64,000 nt of DNA from Eledone cirrhosa (GCA_964016885.1 OZ024740.1:327422001-327486000); one strand, 5' to 3'. Numbered from the stretch's first letter, positions 25,753-40,409 are shown. Numbers and translations: made by a program. Notes: generated by a model not told the origin, from the sequence alone.

Positions 25753-28700
25753 GGTCTGAGTGACAGACCATACAACACTAGAGTCAGTAAAGAACCCACT
25801 AAATTGGAATTGGAAGCGGTGAACGAAATAGCTGGCAATTATCTGAAGGCTATACGATCTAAAGGTGTAGAAACGACATTTGAAACGCTTAATGTTTTGT
25901 TATATGTTTCAGCTGTCACATTGCTAGCATATAACACACATCTAAAACCACGCAATCAAGATACAAACAGAAAGCCTGAACCAGCGTGGATGCGAAATTT
26001 AAAAACCAAAATTTTGTCCCTGAGACGAAGTATCTCACACATCGCAGTCGTTATGAAATGCAACATAGAGAGCAACTTCACACAACACCAGGAAGACCTA
26101 AAGAAAAAGTTAGAGAGAAGATTTGGAGATACAAAATTTAAAACTTTGAACTCCAAATTACACCAGTTGAAACAACAACTCACAGCTACAACAGAAAGAC
26201 TAAAATATAAGTCAACAGCACATAAACGACAAGTGCTAAATAGATTGTTTGCCAGAGATCCTAAATCAGTTTATCGCAGCTTCGGTGGCAAAAGCTCAAT
26301 CTCTGTAAATGACACCCCTTCAAAAGAACAGGTTGAGAGCTACTGGAGATCTGTATGGGAAACGGATGACGGATTCAACAGACAAGTTAATTGGCTAAAA
26401 GAACTGGAACAGGACTACTGCCAACATGTCCAGACAAAACAATATGACATAGATGGGTCAATACTGGAAACAGCTCTACAGAAAATGTCGAATAGGAAAT
26501 CGCCAGGCCCAGACCTCATTACAGGATACTGGTTGAAGAATTTCACTTTCTATCGGCAAGATCTCATACGGCTGTTTACAGAAACCATTAAGGGCACACA
26601 AGAACTGCCCAGATGGTTATCAACTGCCTCTACTCTCCTCATTCCCCAAAATAGCCAAACCACCCTTGCTAAAAATTACCGCCCAATTGCCTGCCAAAAC
26701 ATCATGTATAAATTATATACTGGGTGACTTAACCTGTTCTTACAGGATCACTGTGCTACCAACAACATCATAACACCTGAGCAAGCTGGTGGAAAGAGGG
26801 AGGTGTGGGGTTGCATAGATCACCTACTAACTAACAAAATGATTCAGGAAAAAACAACAAAGAATCGCAGAAACATGACTGTCGTGTGGCTGGACTATCA
26901 AAAAGCATTTGATAGTGTACCTCATGGGTGGATTGTTAAGGCTTTACAGTTAGCTAAAGTCCCACAACCATTGGTAGCTGCTGTTGACCAAGCTGACCAA
27001 GAACTGGTACACCAGTTTGATCCTTAGAGGTGAGAAGGAGCAGGTTAGGACTGATAAGATACATTACCAGAAGGGCATCTTTCAGGGTGATAGCTTGTCG
27101 GTGCTACTCTTCGTTCTCTCACTGAATCCACTATCTTACCTACTCAGGAAACAAGGTCGACAAAGAAGTGGGACCAGAAGTATCTCCCATCTTTTCTTTG
27201 TTGATGACCTGAAGTTGTATGGGCCAAATATCAATGACATCAAGAAACAATTGGACCTCATTACACAATTTTCAACCGACATCAAAATGAAATTTGGTGA
27301 GTCCAAGTGTGCATATTTGGCAGTAAAACGTGGAAGAGCTGTGCCCTCCTCTATAAATCTAGAGATGAACGGCCTGACAATACAACCTCTGCAGTCAGGT
27401 GACAACTACAGATATCTTGGACAGGATGAGAATGTCAGATATGATGGACCCATAAATAAGGAGAAAACCAGAACTGAATACCTCAGAAGAGTAAAGAAAA
27501 TATGGTCATCAGAACTGTCAGCATACAACAAATACATTGCCCACAATACTTATGCTGTGCCAATTCTAACGCCAACATTTGGCCTACTGAACTGGTCATT
27601 GCAAGAACTAAGTGAGATGGATGTTAGAACTCGAAAACTTCTCAGTGTTACTGGGAACTTTAACATCAATGGTGATGTGGATAGGCTATACTTCTCACGC
27701 AAGGAAGGTGGCCGGGGTCTAAAATCAATATTAACAACATATGAGACCCGGATAGTGACACTGAAGCAACACCTTCAACAGAGGAAAAAGGTTGGCAACC
27801 ATCTTGCCCAGGTTTATGACCATGAAAAAAGAAATATCATTAGAATAGCGACTGATCTGGAGGAGAGATATGGAATAAAGCCCGATATAAATCTCTCACC
27901 CAGAGAAATCGGAAGATCCTATTCAATGTTCAAACAAGAAAAAAAAATTGACCAATTTACAGAAAAAGTTGTGCATGGATACTTGAGGCGTAAAACACAG
28001 ACCATAGAGGGGATAAACCACTCAAAAAGCCTGGCATGAAGTTCCGACAAGTTTATGACATCACACCTTGAGGGATATCTCTATGCAATACAGGAACAAG
28101 AACTCCCTACCAAATATCTGCTGCACAAAAGAGGAGGGCCAGCAGCTGACAATAAATGTAGGCTATGTAAAACAAAGATCGAGGATGTAAGCCACATTGT
28201 TGCCAGCTGCGAAAGAATGTCATCTCGCTACTACCTCCCCATGAGACACGATGGGATAGCTAGAACCATCTGGAACGCACTTCGGAAAACAAAATGAACA
28301 ACAAACGAGGAAGAATATATTGAGACAGATGGCACTAAGGAATACTGGTGGAACCTGAAAATAAAAACTGCCACCAGATTAAAGCACAACCGGCCTGATA
28401 TTGTAGTTTGGGACCACACATTGAAAACGTGTTCTGTTGTGGAGATCAGCTGCCCACTTGATGTAAACGTTGTCAGAAAAATACAGGAGAAGGAGGACAT
28501 CTACGGACCATTGATGAGGAGTTTACAAATCCAGTATCCAAGATACACCTTTAGCTTCATACCCATCATTATTGGTGCTACGGGTTATATACCAACCCGC
28601 TTGGACCAAAGTATGACTGAACTTGGATTTGCGGACAAAAAGCGCAGCTCCCTAATTCATAGTCTACAAATGGCTGCGATAGCTGGCACCTTCAAAATTT

Positions 28701-28810
28701 GCAAAACATTCTTGCGATTCAAGGGATGACAATTTCTTTTCTTTTACAACCTTGCCACCAGGAAGGTGGCCGGTCAAAAAAATATACTCAAAATTAAGAG
28801 AAAGAGAAAA
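25753..28810 (+). mobile_element. R4/Dong-like family B, 3.1-kb 5'-truncated copy with disrupted RT-RLE ORF
   Basis: KSPGPD, NYRPIAC, WLDYQKAFDSVPH, GIFQGDSLS, FVDDLK, CRLC..H...SC, RHD and RPDIVVWD..VVEISCP. Flanked by (CATA)n. Confidence 0.9.
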
Positions 28811-29379
28811 CATACATACAGGGATGTGTGCTTAAAATATTCATATGTGTGTGTGAGTTTGAATGTATATGTGCGTTTTGTTTATACGTATATACCTGTT
28901 AAATATATATGTCTTAATTACTCGAGGGTTTGCAGCTCATGAGAGATCTTGCTGATCTATGGATATTCATTTTATTAATCCAAAATGTCAGACCACATTT
29001 AATTTAATTAAGTTAGTGTTAGAAATATTTATACTCTGAGGAAAAAAAAACAGCATTATATCTACAGCTAATAATATTTTAATTCCAGCCATTTTGGGCA
29101 TGTTTCCATTATTAATTCTAACACTAAGTTTACTATAGATTTTCCTTCCAGATAACGTCTGTTAGTAATTTTCCCTTGGTGATTTATTTTCTTTAAACAA
29201 GCTTAATGATTCCAATACCTCTATCAACCATACAACATGTTTATGAGATTAAGATTAATGTGTAAGTGGCTAAGCATTCCATAGGCATGTGTTTTGTTAA
29301 CGTGATTGTCAGGGAGATTCAGGATGACACTCTGTCAAAAGGCTGGCCCTTTGAATAACATGTACAGTCCATGCGGCGA

Positions 29380-29530
29380 GCTTCTTACAGTTTCCATCTA
29401 CCCAATTTTACTCACAGTGCTTGGGTCGGCCGGGGCTATGATAAATGAAACTTACTTGTGATGCCAGCTGTAAAATAAAAACTGTGGCCTTGTGATTTTA
29501 AAAGGAATTTCTTAACTACTCGGCTATGCT
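29380..29530 (-). mobile_element. Decayed second SINE family (related fragment at about 51500-51650)
   Basis: Shared cagtttc..c.aattt.actca.a.g block. Heavily diverged. Confidence 0.45.
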
Positions 29531-29907
29531 CTGTCCCCCATATCGAGAATGATTTGGGTACTATCATATATTTAATCTCGCCGAGACATATAACTTGTGA
29601 ACAAATCATATGTAATTCCGTAGCTAAAACGTATGCTATTTTAAGCCTATCGATCTACAAATGGTACAAGGCCCCTCTGTCTTTCCCATTTAACCCATAC
29701 ATAGGCGAGCATCAGAGCTACACAGCTCAAGTTCCTTTCTTCTTTCCATAAGCGTATTTTCTATGCCGAAATGTAGAAGCACAATGTAAAACTACATACA
29801 TACATACATACATAGATACATACATACATACATACATACATACATACATACATACATACATACATACATACATACATACATACATACATACATACATACA
29901 TACATAG

Positions 29908-30275
29908 ATGGTGGCTGCTAACTCGTTTTCGAGTACGGCCACTACTTTATATCCATGTAGGAGAACCCTACCAACGCGCTGAACGAATGTGACATTTTAG
30001 TCCAGCCAGCGACTTGAAAACTCTGGTACAAACACCACACTTGTGACAATTATTGACACATAGTGCTGGGCCCATCGTACAATGTGACGACAAGTGCAGA
30101 GAGATCTCCAAGGTTTTTTGGTGAGGAGAGTGACTTTGGACATCCTCGAGGACTAAAAACAAAACCTGTCAAAGGGCAAAGGAGCTCTTATGAGTCAATG
30201 GCCATCTAAAATCACCGGGAGAGATAACCCCTTAGCCTTTGTCAAGGCAGAATTCTAGGAGAAGCAAAACTCTGA
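29908..30275. mobile_element. Non-autonomous RTE-type element, copy 3, with 5' inversion
   Basis: 29908-30110 is the minus-strand 3' end. 30108-30275 is the reverse complement of 37107-37272. Confidence 0.75.
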
Positions 30276-30398
30276 CATACATACATACATACATACATAC
30301 ATACATACATACATACATACGTCCATACATACATACATACATACATACATACATACATACATACATACATACATACATACATACATACATACATACAT

Positions 30399-30908
30399 AC
30401 AAACGAGGAAGAATATATTGAGACAGATGGCACTAAGGAATACTGGTGGAACCTGAAAATAAAAACTGCCACCAAATTAAAGCACAACCGGCCTGATATT
30501 GTAGTTTGGGACCACACATTGAAAACGTGTTCTGTTGTGGAGATCAGCTGCCCACTTGATGTAAACGTTGTCAGAAAAATACAGGAGAAGGAGGACATCT
30601 ACGGACCATTGATGAGGAGTTTACAAATCCAGTATCCAAGATACACCTTTAGCTTCATACCCATCATTATTGGTGCTACGGGTTATATACCAACCCGCTT
30701 GGACCAAAGTATGACTGAACTTGGATTTGCGGACAAAAAGCGCAGCTCCCTAATTCATAGTCTACAAATGGCTGCGATAGCTGGCACCTTCAAAATTTGC
30801 AAAACATTCTGGCGATTCAAGGGATGACAATTTCTTTTCTTTTACAACCATGCCACCAGGAAGGTGGCCGGTCAAAAAAATATACTCGAAATTAAGAGAA
30901 AGAGAAAA
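30399..30908 (+). mobile_element. R4/Dong-like family B, short 5'-truncated copy
   Basis: Nearly identical to 28301-28810 and flanked by (CATA)n. Confidence 0.88.
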
Positions 30909-31509
30909 CATACATACATACATACTTCAAAGACATTACTGATGTAGTTATCGCCTCATTTGTTTACGGTCATCTATAGCACAACGTGTCAAATGCTTCG
31001 TTTGTTTCATCACAGTCGAATAATTTTAACACTTACAAATGACCGATATGCTGATGGATTTAACAGCATGGCAAGATCATTCAAAGGTGCAATCGTTTAA
31101 TCTGAGGCTTTAATCCTAGTACGTATCTTCAATAAATAATCGAGTTTGTGTGTGGAGAGAAAGGGAACACAGATGATGACAATCGTAGGAAAAATTAAGA
31201 TTTTACAGCATCCCGATCTCGTTGAAAAAGCGTCAGTTTACACAAGATTTCAACAAAGGCAAAACTCATAAAACCCTGTAAATGTGTGTTTTATATAATT
31301 ATGTTCAGTATAGCTTCCTATGTTTACAGATAGATCAGTTTGACAAACAATCAGTAATCCAATAAAAATACTCATTACGAGTCTTGCTCGGATAATCGAG
31401 GTCTAACTAAGTATGTATGTATGTATGTATGCGTTATGTGTGTATGATGCATGTATGTGTGTATGTATGTTAAAAAAGCATGTTCTTGTCCGAGACTAGC
31501 AATGTTAAG

Positions 31510-32477
<968 letters not shown>

Positions 32478-32508
32478 CAGTAATCAAAGTTCAGTTTAAG
32501 TCATTTAT

Positions 32509-32557
32509 TTGCTTACAATTGTTTCTTCCAAACCGAGGTTTGGATTCTTCGGAGCAA
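32509..32557 (-). ncRNA. Type I hammerhead ribozyme (U4C variant)
   Basis: UUGCU-CCGAAGA-A UCCAAACC uc GGUUUGGA A-GAAA-CAAUUG-UA-AGCAA. Confidence 0.8.
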
Positions 32558-34074
32558 CTATTTATAACATACTTGACCTCCTTTTCAACCCAAGAGACAC
32601 ATAAAACATATGCGCATATTGATCAACAGTGGGGTGACATCCATCAAATGAAACAGCATGGCAATTTACATATAAAGTGTTACATGATAAAAATAAAATA
32701 AAATAAAATAAAATAAAAGCAAGAGTGAAAATAAAGATAAACATGAAGCGTTGGCAGTCTATGAAGATAAAGCAAGAGGAAAGCTTAGAGTAGTCAGTGC
32801 ATGAAGCAATCTCCCGTGTAGCATGCACGCTTGTCTTATCTATACATGATTAGAGTGCGTCAGAATGATATTTGCAGGGTCAGGCAGTTGAAGCAGGCAA
32901 TCGATCTAATAATATAGGCTGAATTAATAAGTCATTAATTCTCATACATCTGTATGATATACAGTCTCGGATGCGGGGAAACACCAAAATATCAAAAACC
33001 TCCAACATACTATAAACCTTATTGTATCGTAGGCAAGGTCGTACCACTGTCCTTGCTCACACCACCAGTCACATAATCCATGAGACGCAATATATATAGA
33101 GAGAACACGCGTCTATCGTATAATTCGCAGTGGTTCAGTATATAGTCAAGCTATAACGGTATCCAGTTGGTTCTTAATTAATATATCATGCTGTCCAAAT
33201 TCCGGAAGTGCCTGAATGATTAAGGGGAATTAATGCGTAAGGGGAGGTAACTAGCTAGTTATTTTAGTTACATTACTATGCTAAACTACATTAATGGTGA
33301 TTCAAATACGTGCCTATCATGTGAAGTTATAACTAATATCTAGAGTATGGTACCCATTTATAAGTTAGAGAGTTGTTCATTAAGAAGTACAAGGGTGTAT
33401 ATACTAGGATGTAATTAAGGGGTGTCATATCTGAACGTTCCATAAGAGGAGTCGGACTCTCAAGTCACTGCTCCATGCAAATGTAATACAACAGTAGGAC
33501 CTGGTATGGTCCCACTATTATATATGCCACCCGATAGGCTCCGGGTCATTGCTTGCCTGCATCTCCAGTAAATCTTCGGTATGGTCCGGAGATCCGATCT
33601 CTCATATAAACGCACTAGTCTGGCCATCAGGTAATAGATAACCCCCGTCTCAAATATAAATCAATTATGTATCACATTTCCAAGCTAGAGTGGAGTCTAT
33701 TAATAGGTATTAAAGGAGTCCACATCAAGATGATTACGTTCATAATTCAATGAACTGATCGCTTACAGTATATACTCACTTAACAATACGATTATCTATC
33801 TAATCATCAAGGTGGTAATCTATGCACAGGACTATGCTATCACAACGAGTACCGTGTCCCCAGTTTATACTAATCTTATATTTGTGCAATGCAGAATAAG
33901 TAGTCCACGGTCGGGATATCAGTATTAGAGGTACAAGGGGGTATTCCCAGGGTAGGTGGCACTCAAATGCTGTCAGTATTATCTTTAGGGTATAGAGATG
34001 GGTGTGGATGTGAGGTGTAAGGTGTGCTACTGATGTTAATTGCTAGGGGTGGTGCCGGTTCCAGTCTGACATTA

Positions 34075-34523
34075 TTATATATAGGGTTTAAAGTTTTGGA
34101 ACGAGTGTCGGAAGCGGTGTTGGCAATTTGCGAACACTTCTGATTTTTTATTAAGGAGATTATGTTTAGAGAAGATGATAGTATGGGTCTCTAGTAGACA
34201 GAGGTTACAAAATTTATCAGGTGGTTTGTACGATGTTGCACTACCTACCACTTCCCATTTAAGTGTATATATTTTATTTTTAGTTTTTAGATAGTGTATG
34301 TAGCTAGATAGTGAAGTGGAGTTGGCTAGACTGTGTTTTTTGAAAGAGTGGAGGTGCGAATTGTATCTAGTTTTGAAGCAGTTAGAAGTGGAGCCTATGT
34401 AGGTTTCAGAAGAGCTGTTAGTTGTGACTGTACATGAGTATATGATATCCTTGGTTAAGCATTTATTATCTAAAGGGCAGGTTCTACTTGATCTACAGTT
34501 ACAATTACTCTGGGTGCTAGTTT
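34075..34523 (-). pseudogene. PLE GIY-YIG endonuclease domain (uninterrupted, 5'-truncated at (TA)n)
   Basis: [60 protein letters not shown]...CQH. Confidence 0.88.
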
Positions 34524-34539
34524 TATATATATATATATG

Positions 34540-34627
<88 letters not shown>

Positions 34628-34631
34628 CATA

Positions 34632-34663
<32 letters not shown>

Positions 34664-34664
34664 C

Positions 34665-34729
<65 letters not shown>

Positions 34730-34734
34730 TATAC

Positions 34735-34765
<31 letters not shown>

Positions 34766-34768
34766 CAC

Positions 34769-34867
<99 letters not shown>

Positions 34868-34872
34868 TATAG

Positions 34873-34967
<95 letters not shown>

Positions 34968-35524
34968 ATCAGTTAGTGTGTTATGTTTCTTAATTACTGT
35001 AGGCGGCACCAATATGAACACACAATGTTACTACGTGATGAGAGTGATTCTAGATAAAAGTGTGTTCTCCGCACAGGATCAGTGTCAGCGGAAAGTTTGC
35101 ATTACATAAAGTTTAAGATATGTTTATTCTTCATCAAATATGACACGTGTTTCGTAGATGCGGTCTTAATTGATACGATAGACCTGACTCTCGTATCAAT
35201 CTGCTCTGCTCATTTGAGACGAAGATGAGAATCTAAACATTTTCCTCTCCGGTATATATTCATTTTATTAACGCTAGATAGTGAGCCTTGCTACTCTGGG
35301 GTTTAGCCTACCTTAAGAATATAGGATCACTTCAGAGTAGCAAGACACACTATCTAGCTTTAATAAAATGAATATTCAAACCCGTACTTCGGTGTTGAGT
35401 ACTGTTTTCTCACTGCTGTCAAATCAAATCAAATTTTACAAGGTATTAGACTCCGGGAGTGTCAACATGTAATTTTTATTTTCATTTGGATTAAAACAAT
35501 ATAATATTTTATCTAAAATTAACT

Positions 35525-36302
35525 TCTATAGTAAACTATAGAAAGTCACCATAACGACGACGACCCCGATGATGTCTCATTGTATATGAGTGTGTATGTG
35601 TATGTTAATATGTGTGTGTTTGCGAGTTCGTTATATACGTTAGGCCTCAGAGAATTAAACACACACACATCTACACATACAGATACACACACATATGTAA
35701 TGACAGACAGGTGTGCGTGAAGGTATGTCTCTGTGTGTCTTAGTATATGTATGTGAGTGTATGTAAGAGTGTATGTTAGAGTGTATGTGTGTGTGAGTGT
35801 ATGTGTGATAATTTTTATTTTAACGTTAGGCCTCAGAAAATTAAACACACACACATATAGAGTTAGTAAATTGCATACACGTTATCTTCACACACAGACA
35901 ATTAAAAAACACACACACACACACATATCTACACATACAGATACATATGTGATGACAGACAAGTGTGCGTGAATGTATGTCTGTGTGTGTCTGTCTTAGT
36001 ATATGTATGTGCGTGTATGTGAGTGTGTGTGCGTGTATGTGAGAGTGTATGTGTGAGCAACAATTTATTTATTTGGACACCAACAAAAAATGACACAATG
36101 AATATTGTTTACTTTAAAGTGCTTCAAGATTAACAGATATTCATTTTTAAATTCTTTTATCATTACAACTTTGATAATTTGTTTTTATAAAATATAGATA
36201 TTTTGAAATAATTATGAGAAAAAAAACAACACATCTTCATATTTATTGTTTACTAATCTGAATAAGAACAGCACAGTAACCTGACAACGCCGGGTAATTC
36301 AG

Positions 36303-36306
<4 letters not shown>
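35525..36306 (+). mobile_element. Probable non-autonomous Helitron
   Basis: 5' TCTATA start. The 3' end has a GC-rich hairpin acctgacaacgccgggt, then 7 nt and CTAA|T. Internal duplicated blocks at 35637-35790 and 35824-36055. Confidence 0.5.
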
Positions 36307-36346
<40 letters not shown>

Positions 36347-36697
36347 CACATACATCTACACCACATATCTAATAGAAAGTGAATTATGCTGTGGCATTAA
36401 ATTATAATGTTAGTCATTTTCTTGCCGGTTAGCACTACAGTTGCTGAATTGTTTCACGGAATTAAATATTTTATGTGGAAATCTGATTAGTTTTTAAACT
36501 TTCATTCGTTTTAAATCGAGCTACTTATTAATAGAGGTGTAAAATTGACATAACCTAGCAACATTTAATTGATACCTACTCTCTTTTTCCTTTTTAATTT
36601 ATATTCACTTGCATCTGTCAATTTATTTTCTCTCTCTCTCCCTGCTCCCTCTCTCACTCCCTCTCCTTATCTATCCATCACTCTCTATATATATGTA

Positions 36698-36752
<55 letters not shown>

Positions 36753-36756
<4 letters not shown>

Positions 36757-37362
36757 TGGCTGCCAACTCGTTTTCGAGTATGGCCACTACTTTATATCCA
36801 TGTATGAGAACCCCTACCGATGCGCTGAACGAGTGTGACTTTTTAGTCCAGCCAGCGACTTGAAAACTCTGGTACAAACACTACACTTGTGATAATTATT
36901 GACACATAGTGCTTGGCCCATGGTACCATGTGACGACAAGTGAAGAGAGATCTCCAGATATAAAGCAATGCCTGTACCGTGAAGCTTTAATAGTGAGCAA
37001 AGGCACTGCACAAAGCCAGTTCCACTCTCTTAACCAAGATGATATTTACCAAAAAGAAGAACATGTCAACATCATTGGATACCATCAGAGTTGCAGGTAT
37101 TATATCAGAGTTTTCCTTCTCCTAGAATTTTGCCTTGACAAAGGCCAAGGGGTCATCTCTCCCGGTGATTTTGGATGGCCATTGACTCTTAAGAGCTCCT
37201 TTGCACTTTGACAGGTTTTGTTTTTAGTCCTGCAGGATGTCCAAAGTCACCCTCCTCACCAAGAAACCTTGGTGGGGTTGCCAGTTTAGTCGCCAACGAC
37301 CCAACCATGTGACAGGTTGTACTGGGATACATGTTACCAGTAGCACCAACTGGTGACCTGAC
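36753..37362 (-). mobile_element. Non-autonomous RTE-type element, longest copy (about 610 bp)
   Basis: RTE-like 5' UTR motifs (ggcgactaaactggcaacc, ggagaaggaaaactctga) are joined to a C2H2 zinc-finger 3' end with no RT. Flanked by (TA)n. Confidence 0.7.
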
Positions 37363-37430
37363 ATAAATATATATATATATATAAACATATATACACACAC
37401 ATAGACATATATGTTGATAAACATATCTAG

Positions 37431-37468
<38 letters not shown>

Positions 37469-37509
37469 GAGATGAAATGAAATAAAGATGGTTATAAGAG
37501 TTCCATATA

Positions 37510-37571
37510 TTTTATTATACGTATTTCGAATACAAAATCAACCCGGGAAGATGTGTTGTCTTCAGATAAAA
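37510..37571 (-). ncRNA. Type I hammerhead ribozyme with degenerate stem II
   Basis: UUUUAU-CUGAAGA-(31 nt)-GAAA-UACGUA-UA-AUAAAA, in a 165-bp (TA)n-flanked island. Confidence 0.65.
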
Positions 37572-37634
37572 AATAAGGTGCAATGATATGAGGCATAATA
37601 GCACTTGTTTATAGCAAAGTGCTAAGTCTACACG

Positions 37635-37732
<98 letters not shown>

Positions 37733-38013
37733 ACTAGATATGTTTATTAATGTATGTATTTATCTTTTCATCATGACCATTGTGACACCCATATATTTGT
37801 CTACCCATCACACATTAAACTATCTATCAGATTAAGCTATCTTGACGTTAAAACTATATGCAGATTGCTATGACTGAATATGTATTCAATTATTATTATT
37901 TATATCTTTTTATATTTTTAATTCTTTCTGACTCTCTCTATCTTTATCTCTAGCCATTTCAATATTCTCCATCCCCCCTCTCCCTCACACACGTTTTTCT
38001 CTATATATATACT

Positions 38014-38099
<86 letters not shown>

Positions 38100-38303
38100 G
38101 TACACATGTGCGTGGATGTGCTTATTATATTTGACATTTTTCTTCGACTATGTTCCCTAAATAAATTTCGAATCTAATGAACCTTCAAAGTGGGAATTTT
38201 CATATCAACCACAGTGAAGAGCATTATAATAAACTTTTAAAAAATCTTGCATACTATTACGGCTGCATTTGCAAAACATTCTTATTATTTGATTCAAAAC
38301 GAG

Positions 38304-39196
38304 GGCGGTGGATTAGCAGTATCGGTAGAGGGTCGGACGCCATGCTTTGCAGCATAGCGTTATGGCCGTTTATGATCTGAGATCAAAGCCCGACGAGGTT
38401 AACTTTGCCTTTCATCCTTACGGGGTCGATAAAATAAAGTACCAGTAACGCACTGAGGTCGATATAATCGACTTCTCCCTCCTCCAAAATATGCTGGCCT
38501 TGTGCCTATATAAGAAACCATTATTTGATGGCAGTATCGGTAGAGGGTCGGACGCCATGCTTTGACGCATAGAGTTACGGCCCTTGCCATTCTGAGCTCA
38601 AATCCCGCCGAGGTTAACTTTACCTTTCATCCTTACGGGGTCGATAAAATAAAGTACCAGTAATGCACTGGTTAATTGCTGGCCTTGTGCCAAATGTAGA
38701 AACAATTATTTGATTCAAATCTATAATGCAGTGGATTGGCAGTATCAGTAGAGGGTCAGACGCCATGCTTTCCAGCATAGTTACGTCCCTTTACGATCTG
38801 AGTTCAAATCCCGCCGAGGTTGACTTTGCCTTTCATCCTTACGGAGTCGATAAAATAAAGTACCAGTAATGCACTGGGTAATTGCTGGCCTTGTGCCTAA
38901 AGTAGAAACAATTATTTAGAATAATAGAAATCATTATTTGACTCAAAACTCCAAAGAATTCTTATTTTAAAAAGGGCGGTGTATTGGCAGTATCGCCAGA
39001 GCGTGGGACACCATACTTTTCAGCATAGAGTTACGGCCCTTTATATTCTGAATTCAAATCCCGCCGAGGTTAGCTTTGCCTTTCATCCTTACGGGGTCCA
39101 TAAAATAAAGAACCAGTAATGCAGTGGAGTCGATTTAATCGACTTGCTCCTCCACCCCAAATTGTTGGCCCTGTGCCTAAAGTAGAAACAATTATT
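38304..39196 (+). mobile_element. Four head-to-tail tRNA-derived SINE copies
   Basis: Units start at about 38304, 38528, 38730 and 38975. A-box tggcagtatcggtag, B-box gagttcaaatccc, core ctttcatccttacggggtcgataaaataaagtaccag. Confidence 0.85.
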
Positions 39197-39454
39197 TGAG
39201 TCAAAACTCCAAAATTCTGAATATCATTACTTAACTATTCCGTATCATATACAAATTCACCAATGGTTGTAGGTAAATGTTACAACTTTCTATCCATAAA
39301 TATTCTATTCTAAATAATTTTTAATGAAATTCCTTTATCCCCCGAGTTACTGACGACAACCAGATAACATTCTTATTTTGCTTGTAGTTTTCAATCTGAA
39401 ATAATTATGTCAGGCATATTGTTATATTATTTCCGTTATTTAGTCTCAAGTTAA

Positions 39455-39658
39455 TAATGATTTCTAGTATAGGCACAAGGCCAGTAATTTGTGGGGACGA
39501 GAAAGTCGATTAAATTTACCCCAGTACATTACTGGTGCTTTATTTTATCGGCCCCGTAAGGATGAAAGGCAAAGTTAACCTCGGCGGGATTTGAACTTAG
39601 ATCATAAAGGCCGTAACTCTATGCTGCAAAGTATGGCGTCCGACCCTCTACCGATACT
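39455..39658 (-). mobile_element. tRNA-derived SINE
   Basis: Full-length reverse complement of the same family. Confidence 0.85.
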
Positions 39659-40409
39659 GAATGATGGAGCAAGAGCTGTGCTGAAAGGAATCCTAGTTAT
39701 GACCATCTTGTTTCGTATTCAAACATTGTGTCTACGATTACAATATTCTATGTATCCTGGATTTTTAAAGACAATGGATTTGTGGGGATATTTGACCGCT
39801 ATATCTAGCCGGTCGGGCAACTATTTAGTAGTTCCTTCATTGGATTGACTTTGAATGGATGAAAAGCAAAGTTGACCTCGGCAAACTTTCAACCCAGAGC
39901 GCAGAGAGCTGAAACGAATACAACAAATCATTCTATTCGACGTTCAAACGAATCGGCCACTCGCCACTAAAATACAGACGGACATACAGATAAACAGGCA
40001 GAATTGATTGTGTTATTGCTATTGTTTAAATACCAATGGAAAAGGTTTGTTTCTAGATTGGAAAACTGATCTTTCTCTATTGGTGAAAAAGATTTAAAAT
40101 AAAATCAGGGCAACACATATATAAGTAATTGATGGCATCTAATAGCGTTTTCTATGGTGAAAGCTATTACAATTGAATGTTGTCTATAAAATGTAAATGA
40201 TTAAAACGAAAAGAAAAATATATTTCTTTTATATTTTTATTGAGCTGCTGTGTATGTTTTTCTTTTAAACTGATGTTGTTAATGTAGAAAATTTTGAAGC
40301 AGGGATCGCCCGAGCGGAACAACATTTGGATCAAAGAAAACAATATTTTCCAAACAAGGGAATATCATTTTATGGCTAAATAACAACAGTTATTTACCAT
40401 ATATATATT

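Noticed and set aside
26725-28297. Three in-frame TGA codons in the family B LINE, suggesting selenocysteine or read-through
   Set aside because: The sister copy has TTA at the third site and the second matches a conserved Trp. A frameshift is also present. This is ordinary decay.
38304-39196. Possible tRNA genes or a CRISPR-like array
   Set aside because: These are SINE heads with A/B boxes but no cloverleaf. The units are 190-240 bp with no unique spacers, and the context is eukaryotic.
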